Notes: generated by a model from the sequence alone, not told the origin. Numbered from the stretch's first letter, positions 47,238-57,129 are shown. The stretch: DNA of 64,000 bases from Candidatus Hydrogenedentota bacterium (GCA_045863295.1 BTWA01000012.1:86633-150632), one strand, 5' to 3'. Program-made: numbers and translations.

Positions 47238-48242
47238 ATGTCTCAAACCAACCCACAGCACTTTCTCGAAATGGCCTTGGCGCATGCCGCCTCGGGCAAT
47301 CCGTGCGCATTGGCCGTTGTCGTGCGCGCCAGCGGGTCCACGCCGCAGAAACCCGGAGCCAAAGCCCTGTTCGAAAAAGCAGGCCCTATCCATGGCACGC
47401 TGGGCGGGGGGTGTCTCGAAGCGGAATCTCGACAGCGTGCCTTGGAAGCCATCGAAAAGGGGGGAGCCTTCGCGTTCGACCTCAATCTGGATGACGACTA
47501 CGGATGGGACGACGGACTAATATGCGGTGGCAAAGTCCGCGTTATGGTAATTTCCGACCTAAGTCAATGCGTGCAGGCATTTGAAGGGGCGCTTGCCTCA
47601 CTAAAGCGCCGTGAAACGGGCGCACTACAATACCGGCTGGCACCTACCGTTACGGTCGAATGGATTTCCTGCACAGCATCCAACCCTCAGGAGTGGCGTG
47701 AAATCGACGGTGGCGAAATCTTTTCCGAATTTCTCGCCCCACAGCCGTCGCTCCTGATCGCCGGAGGGGGGCATGTCGGTCAAGCTGTGGCACGGCTCGC
47801 CCACTGGGCCGGCTTTGACGTGACCGTCGTCGACGACCGGCCAGCATTCGCAGACCCGGCGCTCTATCCACAAGGCGTACATACCCGTTGCGGCGATATT
47901 CCCACCGAGGTAGCGCGATTTGCGAAAGATGAGAATACGTACATTGTTATTGTTACACGTGGACACAGGCACGATGGCGTCGTGCTCAAGGAATGCATTC
48001 ACGCTCCTGCCGCGTATTTGGGTATGATAGGAAGCAAGCGGAAAGTGCATATCATCCGAAAAGGCTTTATCGAAGAAGGGATCGCAGCGCCCGAAACCTT
48101 CGATCGCGTTCGGTCCCCAATGGGCTTGGACATCGGTTCCGTTACCGTCGAGGAAATCGCAGTCAGTATTGTGGCCGAATTGGTTGCCGTGCGTCGTGGC
48201 CGGCTTGGCTCGGTCCAACCGATGGCAGTATTTGCAAAATGA
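47238..48242 (+). CDS. xdhC: XdhC/CoxI-family Moco sulfuration/insertion chaperone
   Basis: 'GSTPQKPGAK', 'GTLGGGCLE', 'GLICGG', 'GGGHVG', 'TRGH..D', 'YLGMIGSKRK', 'PMGLDIG..EEIAVSI'. Confidence 0.9.
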   Translation: MSQTNPQHFLEMALAHAASGNPCALAVVVRASGSTPQKPGAKALFEKAGPIHGTLGGGCLEAESRQRALEAIEKGGAFAFDLNLDDDYGWDDGLICGGKVRVMVISDLSQCVQAFEGALASLKRRETGALQYRLAPTVTVEWISCTASNPQEWREIDGGEIFSEFLAPQPSLLIAGGGHVGQAVARLAHWAGFDVTVVDDRPAFADPALYPQGVHTRCGDIPTEVARFAKDENTYIVIVTRGHRHDGVVLKECIHAPAAYLGMIGSKRKVHIIRKGFIEEGIAAPETFDRVRSPMGLDIGSVTVEEIAVSIVAELVAVRRGRLGSVQPMAVFAK

Positions 48243-48829
48243 TATACGCGGTAGTGCTTGCGGCCGGCTTATCCCGCCGCATGGGCAGCCAGAAATTGCT
48301 GCTGCCCTACAACGGCCGGCCTCTGGTCATGCACATAGTCCAGCAACTCCAAAAATCCAAAATAGACGGAATCATCGTGGTGACCGGATACATGGCCAAC
48401 GAAATTATGCGGGTGTTGCCGCAATCGGCCTGCAAATTCGTGAACAACGAACATTACCAGGAAGGTATGCTGAGTTCTGTCCGCGCCGGGCTCCGCGCGG
48501 TTCCCCTGGAGGCCGAAGCGTTTATGGTGGTTCTCGGCGATCAACCGTCGCTTCGAACACCTGTGGTAAACCAACTGATCGACGGGTATCGCGCCACGTC
48601 AAAATCCATCGTGGTACCCGCTCACAGAAACGATACCGGACACCCCATCGTAATCTCCACATCGCACCGCGATGCAATCCTTACGGAATTCAACGAAACG
48701 GGTCTGCGCGGATTGATCTACGGCAATCCGGATCAGGTATACAGACTCCCTGTCGAAGATGAAGGCGTGCTGCGAGATATGGACACACCTGAGGACTACC
48801 GGCGTGAGCTTGCAGCACTCAGCCTCTAG
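48239..48829 (+). CDS. mocA: Molybdenum cofactor cytidylyltransferase (MocA-like)
   Basis: 'VVLAAGLSRRMGSQKLLL', 'EGMLSS', 'LGDQP', 'GHP', 'DMDTPEDY'. ATGA overlap with xdhC. Confidence 0.85.
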   Translation: MIYAVVLAAGLSRRMGSQKLLLPYNGRPLVMHIVQQLQKSKIDGIIVVTGYMANEIMRVLPQSACKFVNNEHYQEGMLSSVRAGLRAVPLEAEAFMVVLGDQPSLRTPVVNQLIDGYRATSKSIVVPAHRNDTGHPIVISTSHRDAILTEFNETGLRGLIYGNPDQVYRLPVEDEGVLRDMDTPEDYRRELAALSL

Positions 48830-48848
48830 CCAAAGGCTGGAATACCCG

Positions 48849-49307
48849 TTGCCGAAAACCATTTCTCCCGTGGCGAAGTGGGGCACCTTCCTCGACACGG
48901 AATTGCACGGGCGATCCGTACAGCCGGTTCGACTGGCGCTTGTTCCGGTGACGGCCATTGCGCTCACCGGATGGATTGCCCTTCTAAACGGAATCGTTTT
49001 TGGAATCATTGGCCCGATCTTCACACTAGTGGCATTGGCTATGGGCGTAGTGTTCGCAAAGTGGCGTGGACTTCCTCGGATACTGCTCCGCGAGGAAAGT
49101 ATGACGATCAACATTTGGAACAGACCCCAGGAGATTGTCTTCAAGGACGTTGAAGTGTTGTGGTATAGGTATGATTCCATCCGGATTGAAATGACCGATA
49201 AACGTGTTTTTACCATTCCTCAACGACTCCTGACCCTGGCCGAGCGCATTGAGTTGGTCTACACCCTTCGCATTGCGTTGGATGGCCGGTTCATGGGCTA
49301 TTTCTGA
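48849..49307 (+). CDS. Small membrane protein (two TM helices plus soluble C-terminal domain)
   Basis: Fills the gap between mocA and the ABC-F gene; two hydrophobic helices; start uncertain (TTG 48849). Confidence 0.55.
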   Translation: MPKTISPVAKWGTFLDTELHGRSVQPVRLALVPVTAIALTGWIALLNGIVFGIIGPIFTLVALAMGVVFAKWRGLPRILLREESMTINIWNRPQEIVFKDVEVLWYRYDSIRIEMTDKRVFTIPQRLLTLAERIELVYTLRIALDGRFMGYF

Positions 49308-49326
49308 TTCCTGGGATTCTACTGCC

Positions 49327-51255
49327 ATGACTCAAGCTCCCACACCCGTAGTCTTATCCGTGCTTGCCGTCACCAAGGTATTCGGCATCCAACCCATTCT
49401 CGACAGCGCGTCGTTCACCGTCCATGAAGGCGATCGAATCGGGCTCATTGGCCGCAATGGCACCGGAAAATCCACCCTCATGAAACTGATCGCGGCCATG
49501 GATGTGCCCGATACCGGGAATATCACGCGTAAACAGGGGCTTCGAGTGGCGTTTGTTCAACAAGAGTGTCCGTTTCCGCTGGATGTATCCGTCGGAGAAA
49601 TTCTCGGTGGAATCGTGGGCGAAGTGCAGGCCTTGTTAACCCGTTATCATGAACTGGCGGACAGCATCGCCACGGTGCCACACGACTCTCCGGAACACGA
49701 CCGCATGGCGCTTGAAATGAGTGAACTCCATCACACCTTGGATGTGACAGACGCCTGGCACTCTACCGAACAATTCAATCGCATCAAGAATGCGTTAAAG
49801 TTGCCCGATTCAAGCAGAACCATCGGCACGCTCTCGGGCGGAGAGCGTCGGCGCGTGGATCTCGCGTGTGCTCTATTGAAACATCCTGATTTGCTGCTGC
49901 TCGACGAACCGACCAACCATATAGACGTCGATTCGGTCCAATGGATGGAATCCTTCCTCGCCACATACGAAGGCAGCTGCATCCTCGTCACCCATGACCG
50001 CTATTTTCTTGATCGCATCTGCACCCGCATCGTCGAATTGGAAAATGCGAAATTAACCGCCTATCCCGGCAACTATGGTGCCTATCTGGAGCGAAAAGCC
50101 CTGTTGGAAGAACAGGCCGCCCGGGAAGAAGCAAACCGCCAAGCCGCACTGCGCAGGGAATTGGCATGGATGCAACGGCAACCCAAGGCGCGCGCCACCA
50201 AAGCCAAGGCACGGGAAGACCGTTTTTATGAAATGGAGGCCGCAAAACCAGCCAAAATCAAAGCGACCTCCGCATTCCTGACTCAAGAACCCGAAAGGCT
50301 TGGCAAAACTATTCTCGACGTGGAAAAGATTTCGAAGTCAATTGCGGGCAAAGAGCTATTCCGCGACCTTTCATTCAAATTGCACAAAGGCATCCGAGTC
50401 GGCATCGTCGGACCCAACGGCGCCGGCAAAACTACGCTGTTGCGTGTTCTCATGGGGGATGACTCCACGGACAAGGGCAAGATCGTCACCGGTTTCAACA
50501 CTGCGTTCATATATGTCGATCAGACGCATGAAGATGTTCCCCCTGACAAAACGATTCTGGATTACGTCTCGGGAGGCGCCAGGGAAATCGAAGTCGCCGG
50601 GAACAAGATCTACCTGCCATCTTACCTGGAACGATTTCTATTCGACGGCAGCGCCCTGCGTATGGCCATGGGAAAACTAAGCGGCGGAGAAAGAAAAAGG
50701 GTCGATCTGGCAAAGAAACTCTTGCGCGGCGGTAATGTGCTCGTGCTTGATGAGCCGACCAACGACCTCGACTTGCAGACATTGCGCGTGCTCGAAGAAT
50801 TCGTCGCTGGGTTCGAAGGCTGCGGACTCATCGTGAGTCACGATCGCTATTTTCTCAATCGGGTCTGCACGCATTTGATCGTATTTGAAGGCGAAGGTGA
50901 GGTGGCCTGGATTGTAGGTGCGTGGGACGATTATTTGTTGTACAAGGCCAATCGCGAAACTCGGAAACAGGTCGAACGAAACACCGAACCCAAACAGAGC
51001 GTACCCGTTAAGGATCCCGACACCAATCAGCCCAGAAAACTCACGTATCAGGAACGAAAAGAACTGGGAGGAATGGAACGATCCATTGAATCGGCAGAGT
51101 CAGAAGTCTCCCGCATCGAAACAGCCATTTCGGCTCCCGGATTCTTTCAGGGCGATCAGACTGTTGTTCGTGAAACGCTGGCGGCGCTGGAAACCGCCAG
51201 GAAACGGGTGGAACTCTTGTATTCCCGATGGCACGAACTCGAATCGCTCGCCTGA
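49327..51255 (+). CDS. ABC-F family ATPase (Uup-like)
   Basis: Two NBDs (GRNGTGKS/LSGGE/LLDEPTNH and GPNGAGKT/LSGGE/VLDEPTND); linker 'ELAWMQRQPKARATK'; C-terminal coiled coil 'KLTYQERKEL...RWHELE'; no TM. Confidence 0.92.
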   Translation: MTQAPTPVVLSVLAVTKVFGIQPILDSASFTVHEGDRIGLIGRNGTGKSTLMKLIAAMDVPDTGNITRKQGLRVAFVQQECPFPLDVSVGEILGGIVGEVQALLTRYHELADSIATVPHDSPEHDRMALEMSELHHTLDVTDAWHSTEQFNRIKNALKLPDSSRTIGTLSGGERRRVDLACALLKHPDLLLLDEPTNHIDVDSVQWMESFLATYEGSCILVTHDRYFLDRICTRIVELENAKLTAYPGNYGAYLERKALLEEQAAREEANRQAALRRELAWMQRQPKARATKAKAREDRFYEMEAAKPAKIKATSAFLTQEPERLGKTILDVEKISKSIAGKELFRDLSFKLHKGIRVGIVGPNGAGKTTLLRVLMGDDSTDKGKIVTGFNTAFIYVDQTHEDVPPDKTILDYVSGGAREIEVAGNKIYLPSYLERFLFDGSALRMAMGKLSGGERKRVDLAKKLLRGGNVLVLDEPTNDLDLQTLRVLEEFVAGFEGCGLIVSHDRYFLNRVCTHLIVFEGEGEVAWIVGAWDDYLLYKANRETRKQVERNTEPKQSVPVKDPDTNQPRKLTYQERKELGGMERSIESAESEVSRIETAISAPGFFQGDQTVVRETLAALETARKRVELLYSRWHELESLA

Positions 51256-51291
51256 ATCTGGCATACTCTGGTGCGGAGTGCGAATCGTTTC

Positions 51292-52257
51292 ATGACCATC
51301 GAAACCCAAACCAAATCACCCGTTCAAACACGGCCAAAGACCGCAATCAACCTCGGCGGCCTTGCCATGAAGAACCCGGTTACCGTGGCCTCCGGAACCT
51401 TCGGGTATGGGCAGGAGTACAGCCGGTATTTTGATATCGGACGTTTGGGTGCCGTGACCACGAAAAGCCTGTCGCTCAAGCCACGCGCCGGCAACAAACC
51501 GCCCCGCCTGGTCGAAACGCCCGCCGGAATGCTGAATGCAATCGGCCTGCAAAACGTGGGTATTGAGGCGTATCTCGCCGAAAAAGCCCCTTTTCTGCGC
51601 AAGCACGGCGCAACAATTATTGGCAATATCTACGGATATTCGCCAGAAGAGTATGCGGAACTTGCCCGCCGCCTCGAAATAGAGGGCGCTGCCGATGCGA
51701 TTGAAGCCAATTTGTCATGTCCAAACGTGCATGACGCAAAGAACGCGAAAGGCGCAGTTCTGGTCTCGCAGTCCGCAGACGCCATCATGCTCTATACAAA
51801 AGCTATCCGCTCCGCAACCCAACTGCCTTTGTACATCAAACTGACACCCAATGTCGCAGACATTCGCGAACCTGCCCTGGCCGCGCAGGAAGCCGGCGCG
51901 GACGGAGTCTGTCTGATAAACACATTACTGGGTCTCGCTATCGACGCCGAATCCCGGCGCCCCAAGCTCTCAAATATCGTAGGCGGCCTCAGCGGACCCG
52001 CCATCCGTCCCATCGCCGTTAAAATGGTCTGGGACGCTGCCCGCGTGTTGCGCATCCCCATTATTGGCACCGGAGGCATCTGTTATGCGGAGGATGCAAT
52101 TGAGTTTCTGCTGGCCGGCGCGACCGCTGTCTCAGTCGGCTCAATGACGTTTCGTCAGCCGGATGCGCCGGTTCGCGTGCTCGAAGGTATCGAGGAATAT
52201 CTCAATCGCCACGGTATTGAAGATGTGAATGAACTGATAGGGGCCGTCGTTGTCTAA
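51292..52257 (+). CDS. pyrD: Dihydroorotate dehydrogenase class 1B catalytic subunit
   Basis: 'KNPVTVASGTFGYG', 'GMLNAIGLQN', 'NLSCPN', 'KLTPN', 'GGLSGPAI'. Confidence 0.95.
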   Translation: MTIETQTKSPVQTRPKTAINLGGLAMKNPVTVASGTFGYGQEYSRYFDIGRLGAVTTKSLSLKPRAGNKPPRLVETPAGMLNAIGLQNVGIEAYLAEKAPFLRKHGATIIGNIYGYSPEEYAELARRLEIEGAADAIEANLSCPNVHDAKNAKGAVLVSQSADAIMLYTKAIRSATQLPLYIKLTPNVADIREPALAAQEAGADGVCLINTLLGLAIDAESRRPKLSNIVGGLSGPAIRPIAVKMVWDAARVLRIPIIGTGGICYAEDAIEFLLAGATAVSVGSMTFRQPDAPVRVLEGIEEYLNRHGIEDVNELIGAVVV

Positions 52258-52309
52258 AGGCCCGACCCCGTGGCCGGACACCGAGTATACAACCGGGATT
52301 GCCAATACC

Positions 52310-53002
52310 ATGCCAAGCAAAACTGGGCTTATTATTCCGCTTGATGTCGACACACGTGAGGAGGCCTTGCGCATTGTCGATCAATGTGGAAACGTCCCCG
52401 GCTATAAAGTTGGATTTCAACTCTTTACTCGGACAGGTCCGGATTTCGTGCGCGAATTGAAAAACTCAGGCCATTTCGTCTTTCTCGATCTTAAGTTACA
52501 CGACATTCCAAACACCGTACAGTACGGGGCAGCCTCGGCGGCGGATTTGGGCGCTGATTTGACCACTGTACACGCGCTCGGTGGAAAAAAAATGATTGCG
52601 GCCGCGCGAATGGCCGTTGAAGGCACACCCACCCGCATACTTGCGGTTACCATTCTGACCAGCCATTCGGATGAAGTCCTGAAAAGTGACCTCGGATTGG
52701 ATGAGACGGCGGCGCAAGCGGTGCCGCGTCTCGCCGGCCTGGCCGTGGAAGCCGGCGCGCATGGACTCGTAGCGTCTCCCGTCGAAATTGGATTGATTCG
52801 GGAAAAAGTGGGGGCCAAACCCATCATCGTTACCCCGGGCGTTCGGCCGTCCTGGGCCGGCGCCGACGACCAAGCGCGTGTATTGACGCCCGCCGAGGCA
52901 GCGCGCGCGGGTTCGGACTACGTAGTGATCGGCAGACCCATTATCAAACACCCAAATCCGGCGAAAGCCGTTCAATTAATCCTGGAGGAGTTGAGTGAAT
53001 GA
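52310..53002 (+). CDS. pyrF: Orotidine-5'-phosphate decarboxylase
   Basis: 'LDVD', 'YKVG', 'FLDLKLHDIPNTV', 'VTILTS', 'TPGVRP', 'DDQAR', 'IGRPI'. Confidence 0.95.
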   Translation: MPSKTGLIIPLDVDTREEALRIVDQCGNVPGYKVGFQLFTRTGPDFVRELKNSGHFVFLDLKLHDIPNTVQYGAASAADLGADLTTVHALGGKKMIAAARMAVEGTPTRILAVTILTSHSDEVLKSDLGLDETAAQAVPRLAGLAVEAGAHGLVASPVEIGLIREKVGAKPIIVTPGVRPSWAGADDQARVLTPAEAARAGSDYVVIGRPIIKHPNPAKAVQLILEELSE

Positions 53003-53574
53003 CCACGGGGCAGGTTCTGGATATCTTTCGCGCGACCGGCGCGCTGCTGGAAGGACATTTCAAGTATACAAGCGGAAAACACGGTCCCCATTTCCTGCAA
53101 GCATCCAAAGTGCTGCAACATCCCAATTATTGTGAACGCATGTGCAAGGCAATTGCGGAATTGTTCAAAAACGACAACATTGAAATGGTCGTCGGTCCGG
53201 CCATGGGAGGGGTGATCCTGGCATACGAAACCGCCCGTCACCTCGAATGCCGCGCCGCTTTTACCGAGAAGACGCCCGACGGCGGAATGGCCATCAAACG
53301 CGGAATTCGCGTGCCTCAAGGAACCAACGTCCTCGTAGTCGAAGATATAATCACCACCGGCGGTTCTGTGCAGAAAACCATCGACCACCTGCGAAGTCGA
53401 GGCGCCCGTATTGCAGGTGTTTCCGTCCTGGTCGATCGAAGCGGAGGCGTCGCAGCTTTTGATGTGCCCTATCGTCCGTTGGCCTACCTCGCACTCCAGG
53501 CCTTTGACGCGGCGTCATGTCCTGCCTGTGCTGATGGCGCACCACTCATGAATCCCGACGATATGATCGTATGA
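52999..53574 (+). CDS. pyrE: Orotate phosphoribosyltransferase
   Basis: 'GALLEGHF..TSGKH'; PRPP motif 'VLVVEDIITTGGS'; ATGA overlap with pyrF. Confidence 0.93.
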   Translation: MTTGQVLDIFRATGALLEGHFKYTSGKHGPHFLQASKVLQHPNYCERMCKAIAELFKNDNIEMVVGPAMGGVILAYETARHLECRAAFTEKTPDGGMAIKRGIRVPQGTNVLVVEDIITTGGSVQKTIDHLRSRGARIAGVSVLVDRSGGVAAFDVPYRPLAYLALQAFDAASCPACADGAPLMNPDDMIV

Positions 53575-53602
53575 TCACTTCGAGTCGTAAGCCGTACTGC
53601 TT

Positions 53603-53631
53603 TTGAACCGCGCGGAACACGTTGTTATGAT
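53603..53631 (+). promoter_or_regulatory. Putative sigma70 promoter with extended -10
   Basis: TTGAAC (53603-53608), 17-bp spacer, TGn-TATGAT (53623-53631). Confidence 0.55.
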
Positions 53632-53794
53632 GACGTGCGCAGGTCAACCGCATCGGGTCGGCGGTGACCTCGCCGGGAGGGGCTGACGCCGGATTGAAAC
53701 GGGTCTCGTTCAAGCAACGAATACCATTTCGTTTGGCGCAAGCACCCGATGGTTTGCAGTGATGCGCCACAACAAGGGGTGTGATGCCGGCGTG

Positions 53795-54481
53795 ATGAAG
53801 CGGCTGAAAGCAGATCTTCATACACACGCGTGCGACGATCCATATGATGTATTGCCGTATTCAGCGGAAATGCTCATCGATGCCGTCGCAGAGGCGGGCG
53901 TGGATGTGCTCGCCGTGACGTGTCACGGGACCAACGTGTACGGAACTCGCATGGCCGAATACGCATTACGGCGACACATTTTGCTTGTGCCCGGCTCCGA
54001 ACTCTTTATCGAGGGAAGGCACGTTGTAGCATTGAATCCCTCAAGGGAACATATGGCCGCAAAGACCTTCGATGAATTGCGCCGCGCTGGTCGGCAAAAC
54101 GCCGCTTTTTTCGCGCCCCATCCGTATTATCCATCGCCGCGCAGTTTGGGAGGCAAGCTCAGCAGGAACGCAGATTGCTTTGATGCTGTGGAATACGCGT
54201 CGTTATACGCCACCGGACTCAATTTGAATCGCTTGGCCGTGCGTACCGCCCGCAAACACCGGCTGCCGATGATTGGGACCACGGATACGCATAGCTTGCC
54301 CTACTATTGTGAAACATATTCCTGGCTCGAAGCCGAACCAACCGTGGACGGCGTGATCGACGCCATCCGTCAGGGAAGAATCGAAGTTTCCACAAAACCG
54401 CGATCCTGGAGCAGAACCATTCACGCCGGCGCCCATGCCTTGGGCGGACTCGCGAAAGACTTGGTGGGACTCTATGAGTAA
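53795..54481 (+). CDS. PHP-family metallo-phosphoesterase
   Basis: 'DLHTH', 'AVTCH', 'PGSE', 'GRH', 'APHPY', 'GTTDTH'. Confidence 0.85.
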   Translation: MKRLKADLHTHACDDPYDVLPYSAEMLIDAVAEAGVDVLAVTCHGTNVYGTRMAEYALRRHILLVPGSELFIEGRHVVALNPSREHMAAKTFDELRRAGRQNAAFFAPHPYYPSPRSLGGKLSRNADCFDAVEYASLYATGLNLNRLAVRTARKHRLPMIGTTDTHSLPYYCETYSWLEAEPTVDGVIDAIRQGRIEVSTKPRSWSRTIHAGAHALGGLAKDLVGLYE

Positions 54482-54495
54482 CGGAATGGCCCGCC

Positions 54496-55743
54496 ATGAT
54501 TGATCGTATCGCGATACTCGGGGGAAGCAGCGTATACATCCCCGAATTCCTCTTGTCGATCATCTCGCATAATATAAACGTCAAGGAAATTGCACTGGTA
54601 GGGCGGCCCGGAAAAAAACTGGGCATTGTCGCGGGTTTTTGCAGCCGACTGCTCCGGAGAAGCGGATTCCCCGCTGAAATCGTCGCCACAACCGATGTCG
54701 AAGAAGGCGTGGCCAAGGCACGGTATATTGTTAATCACATTCGCGTCGGGGGAATGCAAGGCCGTATTCGCGACGAAGGGCTCCCGCCCCACTACGGTAT
54801 GATAGGGGATCAAAGCCTCGGCGCCGGCGGCTTCGCCAATGCCATGCGCACCTTGCCTGTCCTGATGGACCTGGTTCAACGAATTGAGAAGGCGACCCCT
54901 GACGCAACCATTATCAACCTGACCAGTCCGGTGGGCGTTTGCGTTGATGCTATCATACGAACAACAAAGCTGAACGTTATCGGCGTGTGTGATTTGCCGC
55001 ATACCTATACGCGCCGAATGGCTGAGTTGCTGCGAGTGGAGCCGGAACTGCTCTGGATCGATTACATTGGACTCAGCCAGATGGGCTGGATTCAGGATGT
55101 AAAAGTCGAAAACCGCAGTTGCATGAGCAAGCTCCTGGACCGGCTCGAACAAGAGAGGGAGGACGGGTACGACTACGACTTGATTGAATTGTTTCGCATG
55201 ATTCCAACGCGCCAAACCAGCCTGTACTTCCACCAGGACGAGATCCTGAAGAAACAGAAGGAATGTGGTCTGTATCGCGGGGAAATCCTGCACGAAGCCG
55301 AACAACAAATCCTAAAGTTGTATGAAGACCCCGACTTATGCGAGATTCCTGAGTTGACTCGGGCGAGAAACGCCAATTGGTACGAAGAAACCATTGTGCC
55401 GCTGATTCAGGCATTAGAATCCAAGAAGGAGCGCGAGACCATCCTCTGCGTTCGGAATAACGGCAGTATCCGGGATCTACCCGACGATTGCAGCGTGGAG
55501 GTACCCGTTCAAGTAAGTAAGAAAGGGATTACGCCGCGTAAAGTGGGCAATTGCCCGCGGTTCCTTCGCGGACTGTTCTTGGAAGTGAAAGAAAGCGAAC
55601 GGCTCACGGTGGAAGCCGTCCGCCATCGGTCGTACGAGTGCGCGTTGCAGGCATTGACCATTAACCCGTTTGTGCCGTCAATTGACGCCGCGCGAAAATT
55701 CTTGGATAGGATCATCAAAGACAACAAGATCGAGCTTCGCTAA
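54496..55743 (+). CDS. Family 4 glycoside hydrolase (6-phospho-beta-glucosidase-like), divergent active site
   Basis: Rossmann 'IAILGGSS', 'IRVGG..GRIRDE', 'GAGGFANAMRT', 'IGVCD', 'VRNNGSI.DLP.D..VEVP'. Confidence 0.85.
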   Translation: MIDRIAILGGSSVYIPEFLLSIISHNINVKEIALVGRPGKKLGIVAGFCSRLLRRSGFPAEIVATTDVEEGVAKARYIVNHIRVGGMQGRIRDEGLPPHYGMIGDQSLGAGGFANAMRTLPVLMDLVQRIEKATPDATIINLTSPVGVCVDAIIRTTKLNVIGVCDLPHTYTRRMAELLRVEPELLWIDYIGLSQMGWIQDVKVENRSCMSKLLDRLEQEREDGYDYDLIELFRMIPTRQTSLYFHQDEILKKQKECGLYRGEILHEAEQQILKLYEDPDLCEIPELTRARNANWYEETIVPLIQALESKKERETILCVRNNGSIRDLPDDCSVEVPVQVSKKGITPRKVGNCPRFLRGLFLEVKESERLTVEAVRHRSYECALQALTINPFVPSIDAARKFLDRIIKDNKIELR

Positions 55744-55783
55744 AGCGCCGAAGTTCGCTAAACCAAAGGGGAGATGCATAGCA

Positions 55784-57127
55784 ATGCGTATGTCGGTATG
55801 GAGTATCGCGGCCACGCTCATTGCAGTGACAGCTTTAGCACAGGTCACGGTGTCCGGCGGAAAAGGCGCGAAATTGGATAGCATCGCAGGCTCTGACACC
55901 GTGGTCACAGTTGTGCTGAAGGCGGGTGCGCGCGATCCCAACCTCAAGGTCACCGGCGTGTTCGACGATTATTTCTCCGTCGAAGCCACCTCCGGCGAAA
56001 AATACTCGTATAAATACGACGATGTCGCCTCGGTGGAAGTGCAGGGAGCCGTCATCCCCGTCCGTAAAGTCGACCTCCTTGAATCCAGGGGGCTTACCAA
56101 CGAACAGCGCGACATAGTCGACCGCGCCATGGCCCGGATCTCCGAAACCTTCACCACATCGCCCGACCAATCCCTAAAAATGCGGGCGGCCATGCTCCTG
56201 ATGGTCGCCGGAGACAGCGAAGCAAAGCAGGTCGGTGCGGACTACCTGGGCACGCTTCGGGAGAGCAATGATCTGCGCACGTCGCTGGCAGCTGTCGAAT
56301 ATTCGTTTCTGGCCGGAGCAGATGGCGATTACACTACCGTCGTTGCGAATGGTCTGGCCAGCGGCGAACGTAAGACAAAGGGAAAGGCCGCTATCCTCGC
56401 GGGCTTGACCGGCCTCCAGTCCGCGGTGACGCAATTGAATACCATGGCACAGGATCGCGCCGCAGAAATCGCCATTCCCGGCGTTCTTGGGCTCGCCCAC
56501 CTCGGCAACCGTGACAACTTGCCGCTCTTGCTCAGCATGATAAACGAGCGGAATGAAGATCGATCAGAGGCCGCAAAGAAGGCACTGGTTCTACTCGGAG
56601 GAGACGATGTCATTGAGTCGCTGGGCGACCTGCTGCCCAAATCGGAAGGCCTGTCGCAATTCCGTATTGCCGAGGCACTGCACCGGTTGGGGGATGAACG
56701 TGGAACGCGAAAGCTTGAGAATGACTACTTAAGCTCGCTTGTGTTGCAACATTCCGCCGCGGTCGTACTCGCGCAGGACGGCGACCCGAGGGCCATGCAA
56801 ATCCTTCGCGATCGGCTCGCCGACAAGCGATTCGATCCACTGCCCGAAATCCTTACGCGCCGCGCAGAAGCCGCGGCCGCACTCCTCAAGGCCGGTGACC
56901 GGACCAACATCGGAGTATTTCAGGAGCTGTTGCGCCTGGCCGATCCCGAAATCGAATTGAGTGTGTACCGCCATTTGTCCAAGCTGGGCATGCCGTCATT
57001 GCTGCCTATCTGCTTGCCGGGCGTGGAATCGCAGGAGCCCGCGCGTGCGCTCAACGCGTGCCAAGCCGTGGTGGCCATTGCAAATTCGGACTTTCGCAAG
57101 CGCGAAGAGATGATCCTCGCCTTGTAG
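55784..57127 (+). CDS. Secreted HEAT-repeat-like protein
   Basis: GGGGAG RBS; signal peptide ending ALA-Q; small beta domain followed by helical repeats (AAILAG, LGLAHLG, AKKALVLLG, IAEALHRLGD, AAVVLAQDGD, AAAALLKAGD). Confidence 0.7.
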   Translation: MRMSVWSIAATLIAVTALAQVTVSGGKGAKLDSIAGSDTVVTVVLKAGARDPNLKVTGVFDDYFSVEATSGEKYSYKYDDVASVEVQGAVIPVRKVDLLESRGLTNEQRDIVDRAMARISETFTTSPDQSLKMRAAMLLMVAGDSEAKQVGADYLGTLRESNDLRTSLAAVEYSFLAGADGDYTTVVANGLASGERKTKGKAAILAGLTGLQSAVTQLNTMAQDRAAEIAIPGVLGLAHLGNRDNLPLLLSMINERNEDRSEAAKKALVLLGGDDVIESLGDLLPKSEGLSQFRIAEALHRLGDERGTRKLENDYLSSLVLQHSAAVVLAQDGDPRAMQILRDRLADKRFDPLPEILTRRAEAAAALLKAGDRTNIGVFQELLRLADPEIELSVYRHLSKLGMPSLLPICLPGVESQEPARALNACQAVVAIANSDFRKREEMILAL

Positions 57128-57129
57128 GC

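Noticed and set aside
53645..53755. SAM-I riboswitch or 6S RNA identity for the structured leader
   Set aside because: Only scattered words match (GGAGGG, GCAAC, TTGAA..TTCAA). J1/2, P3 and P4 of SAM-I and the length and shape of 6S do not fit, so it is kept as an unassigned structure.
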